A DNA stretch of 64,000 nt from the human T2T-CHM13v2.0 reference genome, Homo sapiens, in NCBI RefSeq assembly GCF_009914755.1, contig NC_060932.1, one strand, 5' to 3'. Positions 24,185-38,480 of this stretch are shown here, piece after piece. Both the position numbers and the translations under genes were made by a program. Numbering within the stretch: position 1 is the stretch's first letter; the number at the start of each line of letters is the position of its first letter. The notes beneath the pieces are model-generated. The model was not told the origin of the DNA, did not search any database, and saw only the letters and a program-made list of their open reading frames with translations.

Positions 24185-25620
24185 TTTCACTTTAATTAAT
24201 TTTATTTTAAAATAATTAAAAATTAGATAAAATATCTTTCATACTTATCACTTTAAAATTTCTTAAAATATTTATAACTTTATGTACATTTAACTTTTTG
24301 TCTGGGATCATATGTCATTTGCCTAAAGAAATTTTTAAAAATATCTCTTTCAGTGGAAGTAACTGGTAATGATTTCTCTTAGCTTTAGTGTTTTAAAATT
24401 CTTTATTTTATGTAAAGGCTTTTAAAGCCTATTTATAGAAAATTTTATATAAATGTGTATAAAATAACACATATTAAATTATGTATATAATACATACATG
24501 ACATAGGCATATTATGTATCTTTTTTCTTCCCTGAAGTACTTTTAAGATGCCACTCCATTGTCTTCTGGCTTTCATATCTTCAATTACAAGTCTACTGTA
24601 ATTCATCTATTTGCTTCTTTGTATTCATTGTGTCTTTTGTTTTTCCTCTCTAGCTTCCATCAAGTTTTTGCCTTTATCTTTCATTTCCAAAAGTTTTAAT
24701 GTGGTGTCTATAAGTGTTCTTTTTTCTTTTTTGGTATTATCTTGCTTGAAATAATCTTACTCTCTTAGATCTACGATTTGATGTATTTTGTTAGTTTTAG
24801 AAAATGTATTTCACCCTCATTTTCTCTTACTTCTCCTTCTGGAATTCCAACTTACATCTTAGACCTTTTGAAATTTTCCCACAGGTCTTGCATGCTGTGT
24901 TCTTTTTTGTTTCTCCCCCTCTCTCCCTTTTCTTTATGCTTCAGTGTGGGTTATTTCTATTGATTTATCTTTGGATCACTGATTTTTTCCCCTGGCCATA
25001 CTGAATCTACAGATGAGCCCATCAGATGTTTTTGTTTTCATCTCTACTGCTTTATTTGTTTGTTTGTTTCTTAGATTTTTCATTTGTCAAAAGATTGTAG
25101 TTTCCATGACTCTTGAAATTTCCAATCTGTTTATGCATGCTGTTTATCTTTTCCTCCAGAAACTTTAACATTTTAATCACTATTATTTTAAATTACCTGT
25201 TGGAAGAGTTCAACATCTGGATCATCTCTGAATCTGATTCTATTAATTATTTTGTCTCTTGATATTTTATTTTTTGGCTTTATTATATACCTTTCCAGTT
25301 TTGAGTAAATATACTTTGTGTTCAGAACACTGTAAAAGTAAGTAAATAGCATTCCCTTGACTTTTGGTTTCTGGGGGGTTTTTATATACTTGGACTAAAA
25401 CACAATTTGACTTTTATTTGTTTAAAAATTTTAGCTGAATTATACGTAAGCCGCTTGTATGATACTCCATGTCTTTTATCTCATACTTTGCCACTAATGA
25501 ACAAGTGTTTGTGTCTCACCTCTCAGTAGAAAAAAATTGTCTTTCCTTGTATTTTAACCTATGTGGATGATCTCTAGCTTTATGTTTTACTGGTTTAGGA
25601 AAAAATTATTATTTTGTACT
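24185..25620 (-). mobile_element. Ancient L1M (MC/MD/ME) ORF1/5' region
   Basis: 'ttttaagatgccactccattgtcttctggctttc..cttctccttctggaattcc..ttcccacaggtctt'. Confidence 0.7.
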
Positions 25621-25849
25621 TTGTCCTGTACAAAGTATATGTAAGCCTGAAGTTGTCAGTGGCCATCTTGTGACTGAGTAGGAAAAGCTTGCATGATAAT
25701 AAGGCTAAAACAAGAATTTAGTACTGAGACAACAGAGAAAAAGATGCATTCCTTTTTATTAAAGTAGGCTGAACAATACTCTTCCTAGTTTCATATTTTA
25801 GGTGGAAATGTAAACTCTCTCATTTATGCTTTTAAAAAATATTTCTGGA

Positions 25850-26340
25850 GAACACATGTTGTTTCACTAACCACTCTATGTACTAGTGTAACAAGTTTAA
25901 AATTCCAGGTCCTCACTTCAAGAAACTCATAGATTTGGAGGACAAACATATTTCATATTTTAATTCAACTTGGTAAATGCTATTAAGGAAATATGGAGCA
26001 AACAGCTATGGAAGTATGGAACACAGTGAACAACTGCATACGGAAGGCATAAAATGGATGATACAGACAGTTACATTTGAGTTGGACTTTAGATAAGAAT
26101 TCTTATCTCTGTTATGAAATATTCATAAAAGAATGTTACTCAGAAGAAACAGAATTTGAGAATGTAAGAAACTGTAAAAAGTCTGTTATGTCCAAGGAAT
26201 ATTTAGAAGTTTAATGTGGCAGAAACACGGAAGCATGGAGGAGAGGATGTGTATTGAGTAGGAGTCATGTATGGAACAGGACTTAAAAGGAATACCAGAT
26301 GGTGTATTTTGTTATTATTATTGATTTTTTGATACTATAT
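25850..26340 (-). mobile_element. L2 fragment
   Basis: 'gtaaatgctattaaggaaatatg..gctatggaag..acatttgagttggacttt'. Confidence 0.55.
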
Positions 26341-29300
26341 ATGGGATGCACAAGTACTTGATAATACTTGCTGGGTAAATAGATGCAAGTATAATACGTT
26401 TAAGCTGAATATCTCATTTTTCCCTCAAGGATCAGTCTTCCCCTTTTTATAGAACAGGTAATTTATGCCCATTCTTTCTACCTTTTTTATCTACTAGTAA
26501 TTTCCTATTCCCATCTCTCTTGAATGTTAAATTTTAAAATTCATTTATATCACATGAATATCTGTATTTGGAGCTTCTCATGGTAATTGAAAAAGCTGAA
26601 AATTTTGGCTGAGATTCTTAAATGGTAGTGATAGCCTGGGACTGAGGAGTGGTTTCCTCCTTTAAGAAGGTTATGTGCAGTCCCCATCTGGCCTGCTTCA
26701 CAATGCTGACTTTAATTTGTAGGATTTAGAGTTTTCTATCTTTGCTCTGTTATCTTCAAAAACCCCTCCTTTCTATCTGCTTTTCGCTATTCCCAAGCCT
26801 TAAGCAGGCCATTTTGCCTGAGGCATTGTACCTGCCAGGACTGTTTTTAAATGCTCAAAATTAATGCCATCCCAGAAGTTAGAGTTTACAAGACACATTC
26901 AGGATTTTATTTGTCACTCATCTGGAGAAGTGGGCATAGCAGATATGGAAGGTATTCCCTTTATGCATATGTGTTAAATATGTACAGAAACCGAGGCCTG
27001 TATCACAGAGCTAATGAATACAAAAATTGAGCTAGAAATTCACCTCTTTTGTCACTTAGTTGCAGACTCTTTCCTCCAAGACACCAGGTTTCAGATTCTC
27101 AGCTATTTTTATGTACCTCCAACCACCACTAAGCAGTCTATTCTTCTCAATAGTCTCCCACCTCGCTGCCTTTCCCCAGGTTTCCACACATTTTTGGTTT
27201 CCTTGCTCTGTCTTTCTCACTAACTTGAGGTAGCACGGAATAAAGAGAATGCAAGTTGTTTCTAGTAGTTTAAACATTTCTTCTCCCCTCCAGCTCCAAA
27301 AACAAAAGCTGCTGAGTTTATGAATTTAAAAGTAGAAATTAGGCCAGTAATTATAGCTTTGGAGTTGAGGAATTTTCAATGTTTTTTTTTTTTCCTAGAA
27401 TTATCATCTTGAAGTTGAAACCTGAATTCCCTATCTTCTTCTTCTAGTATTTTCACATGAGAACTACAAATTTATTTACAAAGCATGCCTAATAACCATT
27501 AGCAGGATAAGTAAGGGAAGTCAGTTGACATATTATTTGAGTCTGTCTTTCAAAACATCATAATACCACACAGTATGGATTCTCAAAGGAATCAGAATGT
27601 TGCCTTTTAAGCAAGACAGGTTTTTAAGAAAAGATTTTCTCCCTTACACAGAGGAAAATTAAAAATTCAGACAAGATCAACTCAAATAGGAATAATGCAA
27701 AGATTTGCCATTTGAGTGGAATAGGGGTCGCTCGCCTTTTAAATAACATTATTTATGAATTTGACTTTGGCTGGTCTGTGATTAAATCTTTTTTTTTCCT
27801 GGCCAAATATTTGTGACAGGAAAAATGGGAAAATTTTTTTTTACTAATTTGATACTTCCAGAAGTATATTAAATAGAAAGAACTGACCTCATGAATTGAA
27901 GGGACATCACATTCAGAAATTCATGGTGTCATTCACAGCAGCCCTCCTTGCTTCCCTGAGCTCTTCTACACCACTGATGATGTTTCTCTGTTGGAGGAGA
28001 TTACAGCATGGTACAGATGAAAATATGAATTGATCTTTCTCTTTCATCACTAAAAAAATACACAAGTATAGTGTCCAAAGCAGTAATTTACATCAAATAA
28101 AATTATTCTGGGTATTATATTTTGCAAAATTTATAATTTTATGTCAAAAGGTTAAGAAAGGCTATAGGTAATTTCTTCACTTAGAATAGTTTCAGGATCC
28201 AGAGTAACATGAATATGGATGTGTGTAATGGCATCTGGCATCTTTTATTCTCATCACTTTATCACCTTCCTGCAGTTTCGACCTCATACTGGTATCTTCT
28301 CTCAGGCCTTGATAAGGTGCCACAAAATCAGGCCAACCTGTGATATCAAATTGAATCACTCCTGCATACTGGATGGATAAGTTATGTCATGTTTTTCAAA
28401 GTAACAGTAATAGTCTAGCTTGATTGATTGATTGAACCATAATACATTTCTGCTTCAGCCTCTTTGAGTTGTATTTTTGGCCATTGTGTGATTCATCCAG
28501 CCTTTAGAGCAATGTGCAACAACACAGTTGGTTCTCAACAAGTATATACTGACTAATGTATGAAAGATCAATTTGGGGAGAATTATCATTGAGACCCAAA
28601 GGACATGGAGGTGGAATATATTTTCCCCACTGGGTCTTTCTTAACCCTAAAATTCTATGGGTGACTGCTTTCCAGGACACCTCTTGGAGGCTTCTTTGAA
28701 CTCATGTTCAGAACATTCAGGAATGGCTTAGGCATCTCTCTTCTGTTCATTCATCATCATCCTTGGTTCACTGCTGTGTAGTAAGCTGAGTCTGTAAATC
28801 TCTTTCAGCAGCCTCAGGCACGGGAAGTTGGCCCATAGAAGTTCCAAAAGAAAAAAAAATTACCCAGCATATAAGACACAGAGCAGGAAGCCAAACTAAT
28901 GGAGGAATGTCCTCAGCTTTCACAGGAAATTAATTTCACTCTGCCTCTATAAAAAGTAACAGATTTGATCCCTTGTCCCTCCCCACAACCTTCTTATCTA
29001 ACCTCCTGATGGAGGCTATGGGAGAGCCAGGGGGACAAGCTCAGGCAAGGAAAGACAGGTCACTTTTCAAGAAAATGATCATTAGAAACCAGTTGGTCTC
29101 AGCCAGAGGCTGCCAAGAATAGTTAAATCTAGTGAGGTGCTGAATTGGACAATTTTGAGTGAAGAAATTCATAGCTGTTACTAATGATTACAGAAGCAAA
29201 GTGTTTCTTTCTGATAAGAAACAACAGACTGGGAAGAAAAATTAGGTTCAGGCTGCTTTTCTCACTGTGCCTATTTATCAAAGGAAGTTCAGATATTGTA

Positions 29301-30129
29301 GGTCAATACTTCGATTCTATTTTGATGATGTTTCGGAACTGAAAGGTTAAAAAAGACTGAAAGGCAACCCATGGTCCTAGACACTGAAGTCTAGGCCTTA
29401 GGCCAAATCCTTCCAAGAACTGGTTCATTTGCATTTTTCCTTGCAGCTCATGGCAGCTGGAATCTGGCGGACCAGCCCAGGAAACTGGCTGCTGAGCACC
29501 CTGGGGCATCTCCAATAACCTGGATCCAGTCCTGCTGAGCAAAAAAGGAACATGTTCAGATGTAAGGTTAGACCCACCAAGGATCAAAGCATTATGATGA
29601 ATAAAGGGCCCGGGTGATAGGATACCACCTGCGGTCAGTGCACACGAGAGGCACTAAAGTGAGGTGGCAGCCCAAACTCGGAAGAGTTTGACCAGCCCAA
29701 ACCCTGAGGGAATTACTCATGCCTCATCTATGGTGCCTCTGTGAGATCCATGAGGCCTGCGGCCACTTTTCTCTAACTTTTCATTCTGTCTTCGGTGCCT
29801 CGCACATTTCTTGGCAGGCATATTTGTTGATTACATGAAAAATGGCTAAATGAATAAATGACTGCTTCTACTGCTTCTGACAAAAAAAACAGAAAATATT
29901 TAATACTCTGAGATCAAGAAAGAATGAATGAATGACTGCATTTTATAAAGAGAAAGAAAATATTAAAGCTTCATGATCAAGATGGAGTTGGAAAATGTTT
30001 TTAGAGCACTTCAGTAAAGAAATGTTTCCTAACATCAGCACACTGTTGTTTTGGTTTACAAAGAGCGTTAGCATTTAACGTATGATTTGCTCATTATAAT
30101 CTTAGGGGTCAGGCAAGCCAGACATGCTT

Positions 30130-30255
30130 TCCTTTATTCACTCAATCAATACATAAGTTCCTGTTGTTGCCAATCAGGTTGTTAGCAATTTGGCATACAG
30201 AACTGATTAAGATATAATCTACTTCCCTGCCCTCAGAAGCTCGGTCAAGTAGGGG

Positions 30256-30300
<45 letters not shown>

Positions 30301-30680
30301 ACTACAATAAAATATTCATTTAGACAAATAATTATGATAAAATGGTGAGCATTAATGGAAGGACTAAGAAAGGATATATAAGTCATCGATTATTAATAAT
30401 TTGCCTATAGGAGCTGGAAAAGTTTCATGAAAGTGATGGCAAGTTAAAGGTAGAAAAGAAATTTGGCAAATATCCAGAGGTGAGGGAAGGCTTTCCAGAG
30501 AAAGAATAAATACCAGCCATTGTTTGATACAATAGAACAGAAAATACTTGTTGAACAGTGGCAGAATTTGAGTCTAGAAAAGAAGTTTGAGGCCAATCAT
30601 CAAGGGTTTGGAAATATCAAGCCTGAAGCTTGTCTTGCAGACCATGAGAGTGATGTAAAAATGTTAACGGGAAGGTCGGT
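30130..30680 (-). mobile_element. L2 fragment
   Basis: 'ttattcactcaatcaataca..ccctgccctcagaagctc..gggaaggctttccagagaaagaataa'. Confidence 0.6.
30259..30294. repeat. (CA)18 microsatellite
   Basis: Uninterrupted CA run. Confidence 0.97.
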
Positions 30681-31599
30681 ATAAGGTGTTCAGATTTGCA
30701 TTTTATTTTCCTGATTTTGCAGACGGGGAATCTTAGCAGTAACAGTTAAATGACTTTTTCTGGGTCACAGGGAGAGTAATAGAAGAGCCACATTTTTGCT
30801 GGGCTGGAAATAAAATGCCAAGTATAGACTTCCTGCTTGTTGCTTAATCAGTAGAGACAACTTTTGCCATGTGGAAAAAGAGTTCATTATAATCAGACTG
30901 GAAATTCATGTACCTGAAAATCTTTAGAAGGGAAAACGTAGGGGAAGGAACAAGATGGAATTGCAGATACAAAACAATTCTTATCAGTCTGAGTCTGTTT
31001 TACATTTTGTTCCAGATTCTGCAAATTAGCACTGACACAATGAATCTTTGTAAATTAATGAGGGTAACAGCGGGAAAGAATCAATCAGCCACTCTTGTTC
31101 CAAAACCCTCCTTGGTAATAACCTGATATGAACCTTGGAGTCATGACCCCAGACTAATAGCTTGCTTTGTACCCTTTGAACAAAACAATTAAATAATCAC
31201 ATTCCTCTTGGTCCAACTTCCTGAATGTATTAATTAGATTAAAACACAACTTGTCAGGGTCCTTCGAGAGGAAGGGGTTTGCTGGATTTGTTTTCTCTCG
31301 CCCTCCAGCTTCCAAAGGCATGTCCTGCTTTCATGCAGGGGGAGCTTGTTACCTGCCTAGGCAAGCAACTTTGACACACACCTGGTCTCATTCCTTCTAG
31401 ACCTGCCCTCACATGCATCCTCTCACCTGGACTCCACCACCCAGGGCATTTTTCTTCCTCTGCAGGAGAAACATCCACCTCTTGGTTCCAATTGTGTTAC
31501 AAATCCTCTCTTAAAATATAGAAGCCAGTTGATAACTCTTCTTGGCTCAATTTCAGCATCTCACTCATCCATCTATCCATTCATCCACCCAATCTTTAG

Positions 31600-31810
31600 G
31601 AGAGGTGGGCTCAAATCCTGGTTCTGCCATTTCCTATCTCTATGATCCTAAGCAAATGGCTTAAACTCTTTTGTGCCTCAATTCCCTGGCCTGTAAAATG
31701 GGGATGGCAACAGGACATATGTTTTGTGGCTTTTATGAGGATTAAATGGGTTTATTTGGTTTGAAGTGATTCAAATAGTGCCTGGCTCACTTAAAGAGCT
31801 ACTTCTTGGT
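31600..31810 (+). mobile_element. MIR
   Basis: 'gggctcaaatcctggttctgccattt..gtgcctcaattccctggcctgtaaaatgggg..gaggattaaatg'. Confidence 0.8.
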
Positions 31811-32159
31811 ACTAAGGTTTTTGGGATTCAAGTATGAAAATGGCACTATCTCTGCTACAGAGCACTAAAACACAAAACAAATCCAACCATACATCAGGTT
31901 AAATGCAGTGGTACACGCATGTGGCATCCTGAGGGCACAGAGCTACCAGGATGACAGCAGCCAGACCCAGCGGCTCCAGGCCCAGGCTTCCTCATGTGCT
32001 TCTGCTCTTCTTGCAATTGTCTTCCCAGATACCCGAAAACCTTGTTCCCTCACTTCAGTCAGGAGATAGGCCTTTTCTGAAGCTTCAACCTAAAATAGCA
32101 GCACACACTGCACTGCATCATCCTCGGTTCTCTTTCCCTGAGCTATTTGGCTTCATAAC

Positions 32160-33071
<912 letters not shown>

Positions 33072-33420
33072 ATAACATTCATCACTAACTGGCATTATTT
33101 TATGTATTTTTCCATTCATTTGTTTGTATCAGTTGTTCTCAAAGGGTGTTTTCTGGGCCATGGCCATCACCTGAAAACCTTTTTGAAATGCAAATTCTTG
33201 GACCCCACCCCAGAGCTAGGAAATGTGTCTTAATAGTCACCTGCAGGTGATTTGGATTCTTACTAAAGTTGAGAGACCCTGGTTTACAGTTTGTCTCCAC
33301 CGGGGAATGAAAGATTCCTGAAGCAGGTACGTTTTCTGTTTGCTGCGGTAACCCTGATACTTAGATCTGTCTCTGAGACATCATCGGTGTTCAGGATAAA
33401 AGAATGATTGAACAAACAGA
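33072..33420 (+). mobile_element. L2 3' end (split by the ERVL element and by MER5A)
   Basis: 'cttcataac|attcatcactaactggcatt..gaatgaaagattcctgaagcagg..gaatgattgaacaaa'. Confidence 0.6.
33130..33281. mobile_element. MER5A hAT-Charlie MITE
   Basis: TIRs 'cagttgttctcaaag'..'aagttgagagaccctg'. Core 'gaaatgcaaattcttggaccccacccc'. Confidence 0.8.
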
Positions 33421-34609
33421 TGATTCTATCTTACTTGGTGGCCAAGCCAAAATTAGCATCCAGCCAGTCCTCTATCACTCAGCTCCTTTTCTTTTACAAC
33501 CTAGCCGCAAAAGATAATTACAAAGAAAAAAACCCCAGTGTGCCAATATCAAAAGTTAAGTTACTTATATTCAAGTTAAGAGGTGGTGAATATTTTTTCT
33601 TTTTTCTTTCTTTTTTTTTTTTTTTATGCTGGAGAAGATCTTTTTGCTGAAGAAGATACTTAGAAAATGCTTAGTATTTATATATGAAGGGAAATATATG
33701 AATAACACACTATCAGAAGCTTATCAAAACGCTATTATCTGAGCACAAGTTGATGTTGAAGCTGGTTTCATAATGTTCAGGAGATGTGGAATGGAGGAGC
33801 TTGACAGAAATCCAGTTTGAAGATGTCTGCATCAAGTAAAGCAAGAAGAATTCTCATACCTGACAAGAATATGTCTGTATCCACCACAAACAACCAACGG
33901 GAGGGGTGGAAGGAGGGAGAGGGGAAAAGATACAGGTGTATTACATGATGTTTCCCAAGGAAGCAGTCACTTTCTCTTTCACCTGTTGAGCACCATGGCA
34001 ACAAATCTGCAGCCTGTACCACCCCTGCAATCCTGAGCTGTATCCATGGCAAATCAAGAAGCCAAAGAGAAGAGCAGCAAAAAGCGTTACCTAGAGATAT
34101 GGCTGAAGACAAGGGCAAGAGCACTTCAAGAGGTAACTCAGTAAACAGAAGAGCAGTAGATCCACTTCTAAAGAAGAAATTGAACAAATCTGAGTCTGTA
34201 ATTACATGTCAGTGGGGAGGGGTTGGGAAGTCGTGGAATGAGGCTACAAATTACATTGAAGTCCAGATCCTTAGCAAAGACCAAAAGCAACATGAGATGC
34301 AAAGCCGTTTGTTCTAGAAGCATAAAATGTTGTCTCCCTCTCTTCCAATGTTTCCTGTATTTGGTGTAAACTTATTGCACAAACAGCAACAATAAGTAAA
34401 GGGTTGTTTTCTCAAGCCTTGCTGTTACCTCCTTTAACATGGGCTTAAAATTTTGTTTTCTTCAGTCATTTATCTTACTTTGTATAAATGCAATAGATTC
34501 TGAACTTATACTACTTTAATATATTAAAGTATATTCTATAATTTTTTACTTTGTAATATTTATAAAGTAAAAACATATGAAAAGTTCTTGGTGTTTGGCA
34601 CTCTTTTAG

Positions 34610-34920
34610 AAAAGATAGGCTAGGTTCTTCAGAGATAAGAAATCTACCCCTTTAAAATGACTTGTTTAAACAAGATTTACTCTTGTTCAAGCTACATGTT
34701 GAATGAGGTTTATGGAGGGGATTGAGGCTGTGCCCCACATAGTAAATACAGGGACCCAGCTGAATCCCCCTAATATCTCAACACCTGCCCACATGGTCAA
34801 CACAGAGGGAGAAAAGAGGAGCGAATCCATCCAGAAGTGACACGTGTCAGTCTTCTCACAACCAGAACCAACCACATGCTCCTCCAAAAGGGTCTGGAAG
34901 GTGGGGCACCAGATGAATAA
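34610..34920 (-). mobile_element. Old MLT1 (J/K-like) LTR fragment
   Basis: 'gctgtgccccacatagtaaatacagggacccagctga..ccagaagtgacacgtgtcagtcttctcaca'. Confidence 0.55.
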
Positions 34921-35249
34921 TCAACCTGCAGTTACTGTTTCTGCCACAGAGACTTAGGCGCTCAGTAAGTGGGACTGAAAAACAAGGCCTGGTATCTACC
35001 ACTTTTAAGTTTCATTATGTACCAAGCACTGTGCTGTTAACAATGCATTGCCTCATTCAGCATCACAGCAATCCTTGAAACTGTGTGTAACTATATATAT
35101 ATATATTTTTATAAGAAAGGAAACATAACTTGTCCAGTCTCTCACTTAGTAAGTGGCACAGTCAGGATGTAAATAATACATCTCGTACTTCACCCCGCAC
35201 CTCCACCCCACCTTTAGAGAGCGCTTGTAATAGGTAAAGGCTCAGCTTG

Positions 35250-35530
35250 AGAGCATTTGATAGTCATTTCCAAGGGTAGACTTCCCTGACCTCAAGAGGT
35301 CAGGTTCTCTTATTATTTTATTCTCATTGCACTCTATGTTTTTCCTTTAGACACTTGTCCTAATTTTAATCATTGGTTACTCTCTGTCTCAGTCATAGGA
35401 TGGAAGTTCACAGTAGAAGAAAATGTCACTAGAGCAAGAAAAATACTTGTCTACTGACCATACATTTCCTCCATCAGGCATGGTGTCCCCCACACAATTA
35501 GCAATCAGTAAACGTGAACAAATGAGTGAC
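35250..35530 (+). mobile_element. L2 3' fragment
   Basis: 'cttccctgacc..ttctcattgcactctatgtttttcctt..gcaatcagtaaacgtgaacaaatgagtga'. Confidence 0.55.
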
Positions 35531-36019
35531 ATTCACTTCTCTGCTCCCCTCTCATTTTCATTCTTCTGATCCACCCCCAACTCAAGCATGTTAACATTTC
35601 AAAAATGCTACACTTATTCTATGTTACCAAACCCTTCACGCCTTCCCATTGCCTCCAGCATATGGTTCCAACTCCATCTGGTGTTAAAACTCTGGCCTCA
35701 AACATCTTTTCCAGATTGATGGGGCATGTTCCAGTAGCTGGATCCACTGTTATAACCCATATGCTCTATCCCCTTAAAATACCTGCCTAGTAGACTCTCC
35801 CTACCTTTAAATGATGATTTTAATTTGGAACTAGGGATTTAGAGGCTCTAATTTGTAATGGAGAGGAAAGAGAGCATTCTAGATGAGAGGACCAATATAA
35901 TCAAAGGCAAGGAGCTTGGCAGAGGTTATATTTCAAAAATGTAAAGATTTCCAGTTAAAACTGTAAACTCAAGTTTGGTTTTGTTTCCCAGACTCCTGGG
36001 TTAGTAGCCACTAGCTACC

Positions 36020-36184
36020 TTTTTTGTTTGTTTGTTTGTTTTTGTTTTTAAGTGGAGATGCAGTCTTGCCGTGTTGTCCAGGCTGGTCTTGAACTCCTGG
36101 GCTCAAGAAATCCTCCTGTCTCAGCCTCCCAAAGTGCTGAGATTACACACCAGTAATCTGAGGAGTGAGCCAACGCACCAGTCC
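36020..36184 (-). mobile_element. FLAM_C (free left Alu monomer)
   Basis: Monomer 'caggctggtcttgaactcctgggctcaag..cctcccaaagtgctg' with a (TTTG)n tail. Confidence 0.9.
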
Positions 36185-36558
36185 ACACTAAGCTATGTTG
36201 ATTACTGATACCCTCCATTCCTTTTTTCCAAAGGACAACGTTCCCATAACAACCTCTTTTTAGATAACAACTTTGCCTTTTTGAAGGTTGGAGGTGCTTG
36301 GGAAGGTGGAGAGGAACAAAGTGAAATGGAAGTAGTTTTTATTGAGCCACTGAGTGCCAGGCCCTTTGCCAGCTGCCTTTTGTAACACTTTTGCTTCTAT
36401 ACATTAACCCTTAAATGCAACACGTTTTATCTCCACTTTACAGAAGACAGGATTAAAGTTCAGTGCTTTATAGTCAAATATGAACAAAACCAAATGACAA
36501 ATCAATTCTCAGACTTAGGTTTGTCCAATATTCAAGATAATGCCAATTTTAGTCTGCT

Positions 36559-36698
36559 CTTGTTACTCCAAGTGTGGTCCTGACAACCCCAAACATGAAC
36601 ACCGTGTAGGAGCTGAATAGGAACACAGAATGTCAGGGTTGTCCCTAGGCCTACTACCGAGTCAGAGTCATGCACAGGGTCAAGTTTGAGATGCACTG
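36559..36698. mobile_element. MER5A-like MITE
   Basis: 'ctccaagtgtggtcc..cagaatgtcagg..aagtttgagatgcactg'. Confidence 0.65.
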
Positions 36699-36706
36699 TG
36701 CCATAC

Positions 36707-36888
36707 CAGGGGTTTCTTTGCTGCACACGAGAATCTCTTGGAGGGTTTTAAAATAAGCCCAAATTCTCAGCCCCACCCCAGACCAATTAAGTTAGAATCT
36801 CTGTGGGTGGGCCAAGGAGATCAATGTGTCTTAAAAGCTCCCTTGCCCTCAAATGATTTGAATGTGCAGTCAGAATTAAGAACGACCG
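36707..36888. mobile_element. MER5B-like MITE
   Basis: 'gccccaccccagaccaattaagttagaatctctgtgggtgggcc..aatgtgcagtcagaattaagaac'. Confidence 0.7.
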
Positions 36889-38480
36889 CTCTGCACTGTC
36901 CTGCCTCATTGTGGGTAAATATATTAACAGAGCCCCCTTATTATAAGAGACTTGGCATTCCTCAATAGAGGTTACTGACATATGTTCTGGTATTGAAATA
37001 AAGCCCAGGACACAACTGATACCATGAGGACTATTAATTGCTGTTAATGTAACTCTGAGAGATGCCAGTTTTCCATGTTCAGCTAAAATAAATAAATAAA
37101 TAAATGAATAAATAACTGAAATCTAATGCTTCTTTGCTTTGCATTCATATTTCAGACAGTTTAAAGGGGGACTGATAAAATCATGTTTTCTAAGTATTTA
37201 ACTCCCAAATTGCCAAAATACTAGTAAATGCCAAAGAGGTCTTTAAAACTCCTCTTCCTTGTAAAAAGGGAGCAACAACTTTAGTTAGAGGAAAGATAGT
37301 AATAGGTGGTAAAGTATAATTATTAGAGTCTACAAATTAAGCCCCTAAAATTATACTGGCTTCTTATCTTAGGATAACGAGATGGAAAAAAATGTTTATT
37401 CTTTTAGTATCTGGTAGGATGTTCCTCTTCTGAAAAGACAAGTTGGTATCATGAAAATATATAGAAAAAAGCCCCCTTGGAGTAGGTGATTCCTAAGGCA
37501 TGTAAAAAGGATTCATGCTGTGGCTTCAGAGACAGAGAACCCATCTGCTTTATAGCAGGCAAAGAGCTCAAGAGCAAAGAGCCTGAGGGTGAGAAGGAGA
37601 GAGAAAAAGAGTGAGGGGAAGACAGAAAGAAAGGAAGAGGAATTCTATGTGCTCAGTGCCTTAACCCCTTACAATGAATTGTAATCTGATGCTAGGTTTC
37701 TTTTAGAAAGTGGTACAGAGCTTAGTTCTGATTTTGGGTTTACATGGGACCAGTTCGGTGGTAGGATGTGAAAATATGATTATTAGTTCTTGGGCTTTTG
37801 CTAAAATCTTGGAGAAGAATTTAGACATCCCTAAGCTTTGTAAATTTGAGGGTTTCTGGAAATGAATCCTAAAAAAAACAACATTCTGACTGGCTTCAGC
37901 CTGGTTTATCAGGCAAATATGTTGTTTTCTTCTTTGCATTACTATAGTAACATGTGGAGATTTTGTTGCTATAGTTAGCTGCTTGCCATCTCCACCAAAT
38001 GGAAAGAGGCAACTCCTAAAAAATTTTGGAAGTTTTGAAATAATCAGGAGTTTATAACACATTGTGTATTATGGGTTTTTAGGCAAAATGGGAGCACCCC
38101 CAAAGGGGTAGAGATAGAGTCTTCCAAAATGCCCCCATCCTCAGAGGACAGCTTCTGACTATATGTTGCTTGTTAAGGCCACATGACCCTATCAAGTTTT
38201 CCTTATTCGCTTCCTTCAACAATCCTCTGCTAGGGTCTGGTCTCCCCCGCAGGGTCTGAGGAGGACCTGCCTCCCATACTCGCATCAGATGAGCCACTAA
38301 TCACCTTTGAGAATGAAAGAAGTCTTTCCCATAGAGCAACTCAAAGCACCAAGAGACACAGGTAATTGAAAGCCAAGTTCCAAACATTTCAAAAGGGTTG
38401 AGCATCCAGCAGTTCAATTGCCCAAAAAGATAGCCAGGGCTGGAGAAAGACAATGGTAAAATGTCAAAAATCTTAGGCTG

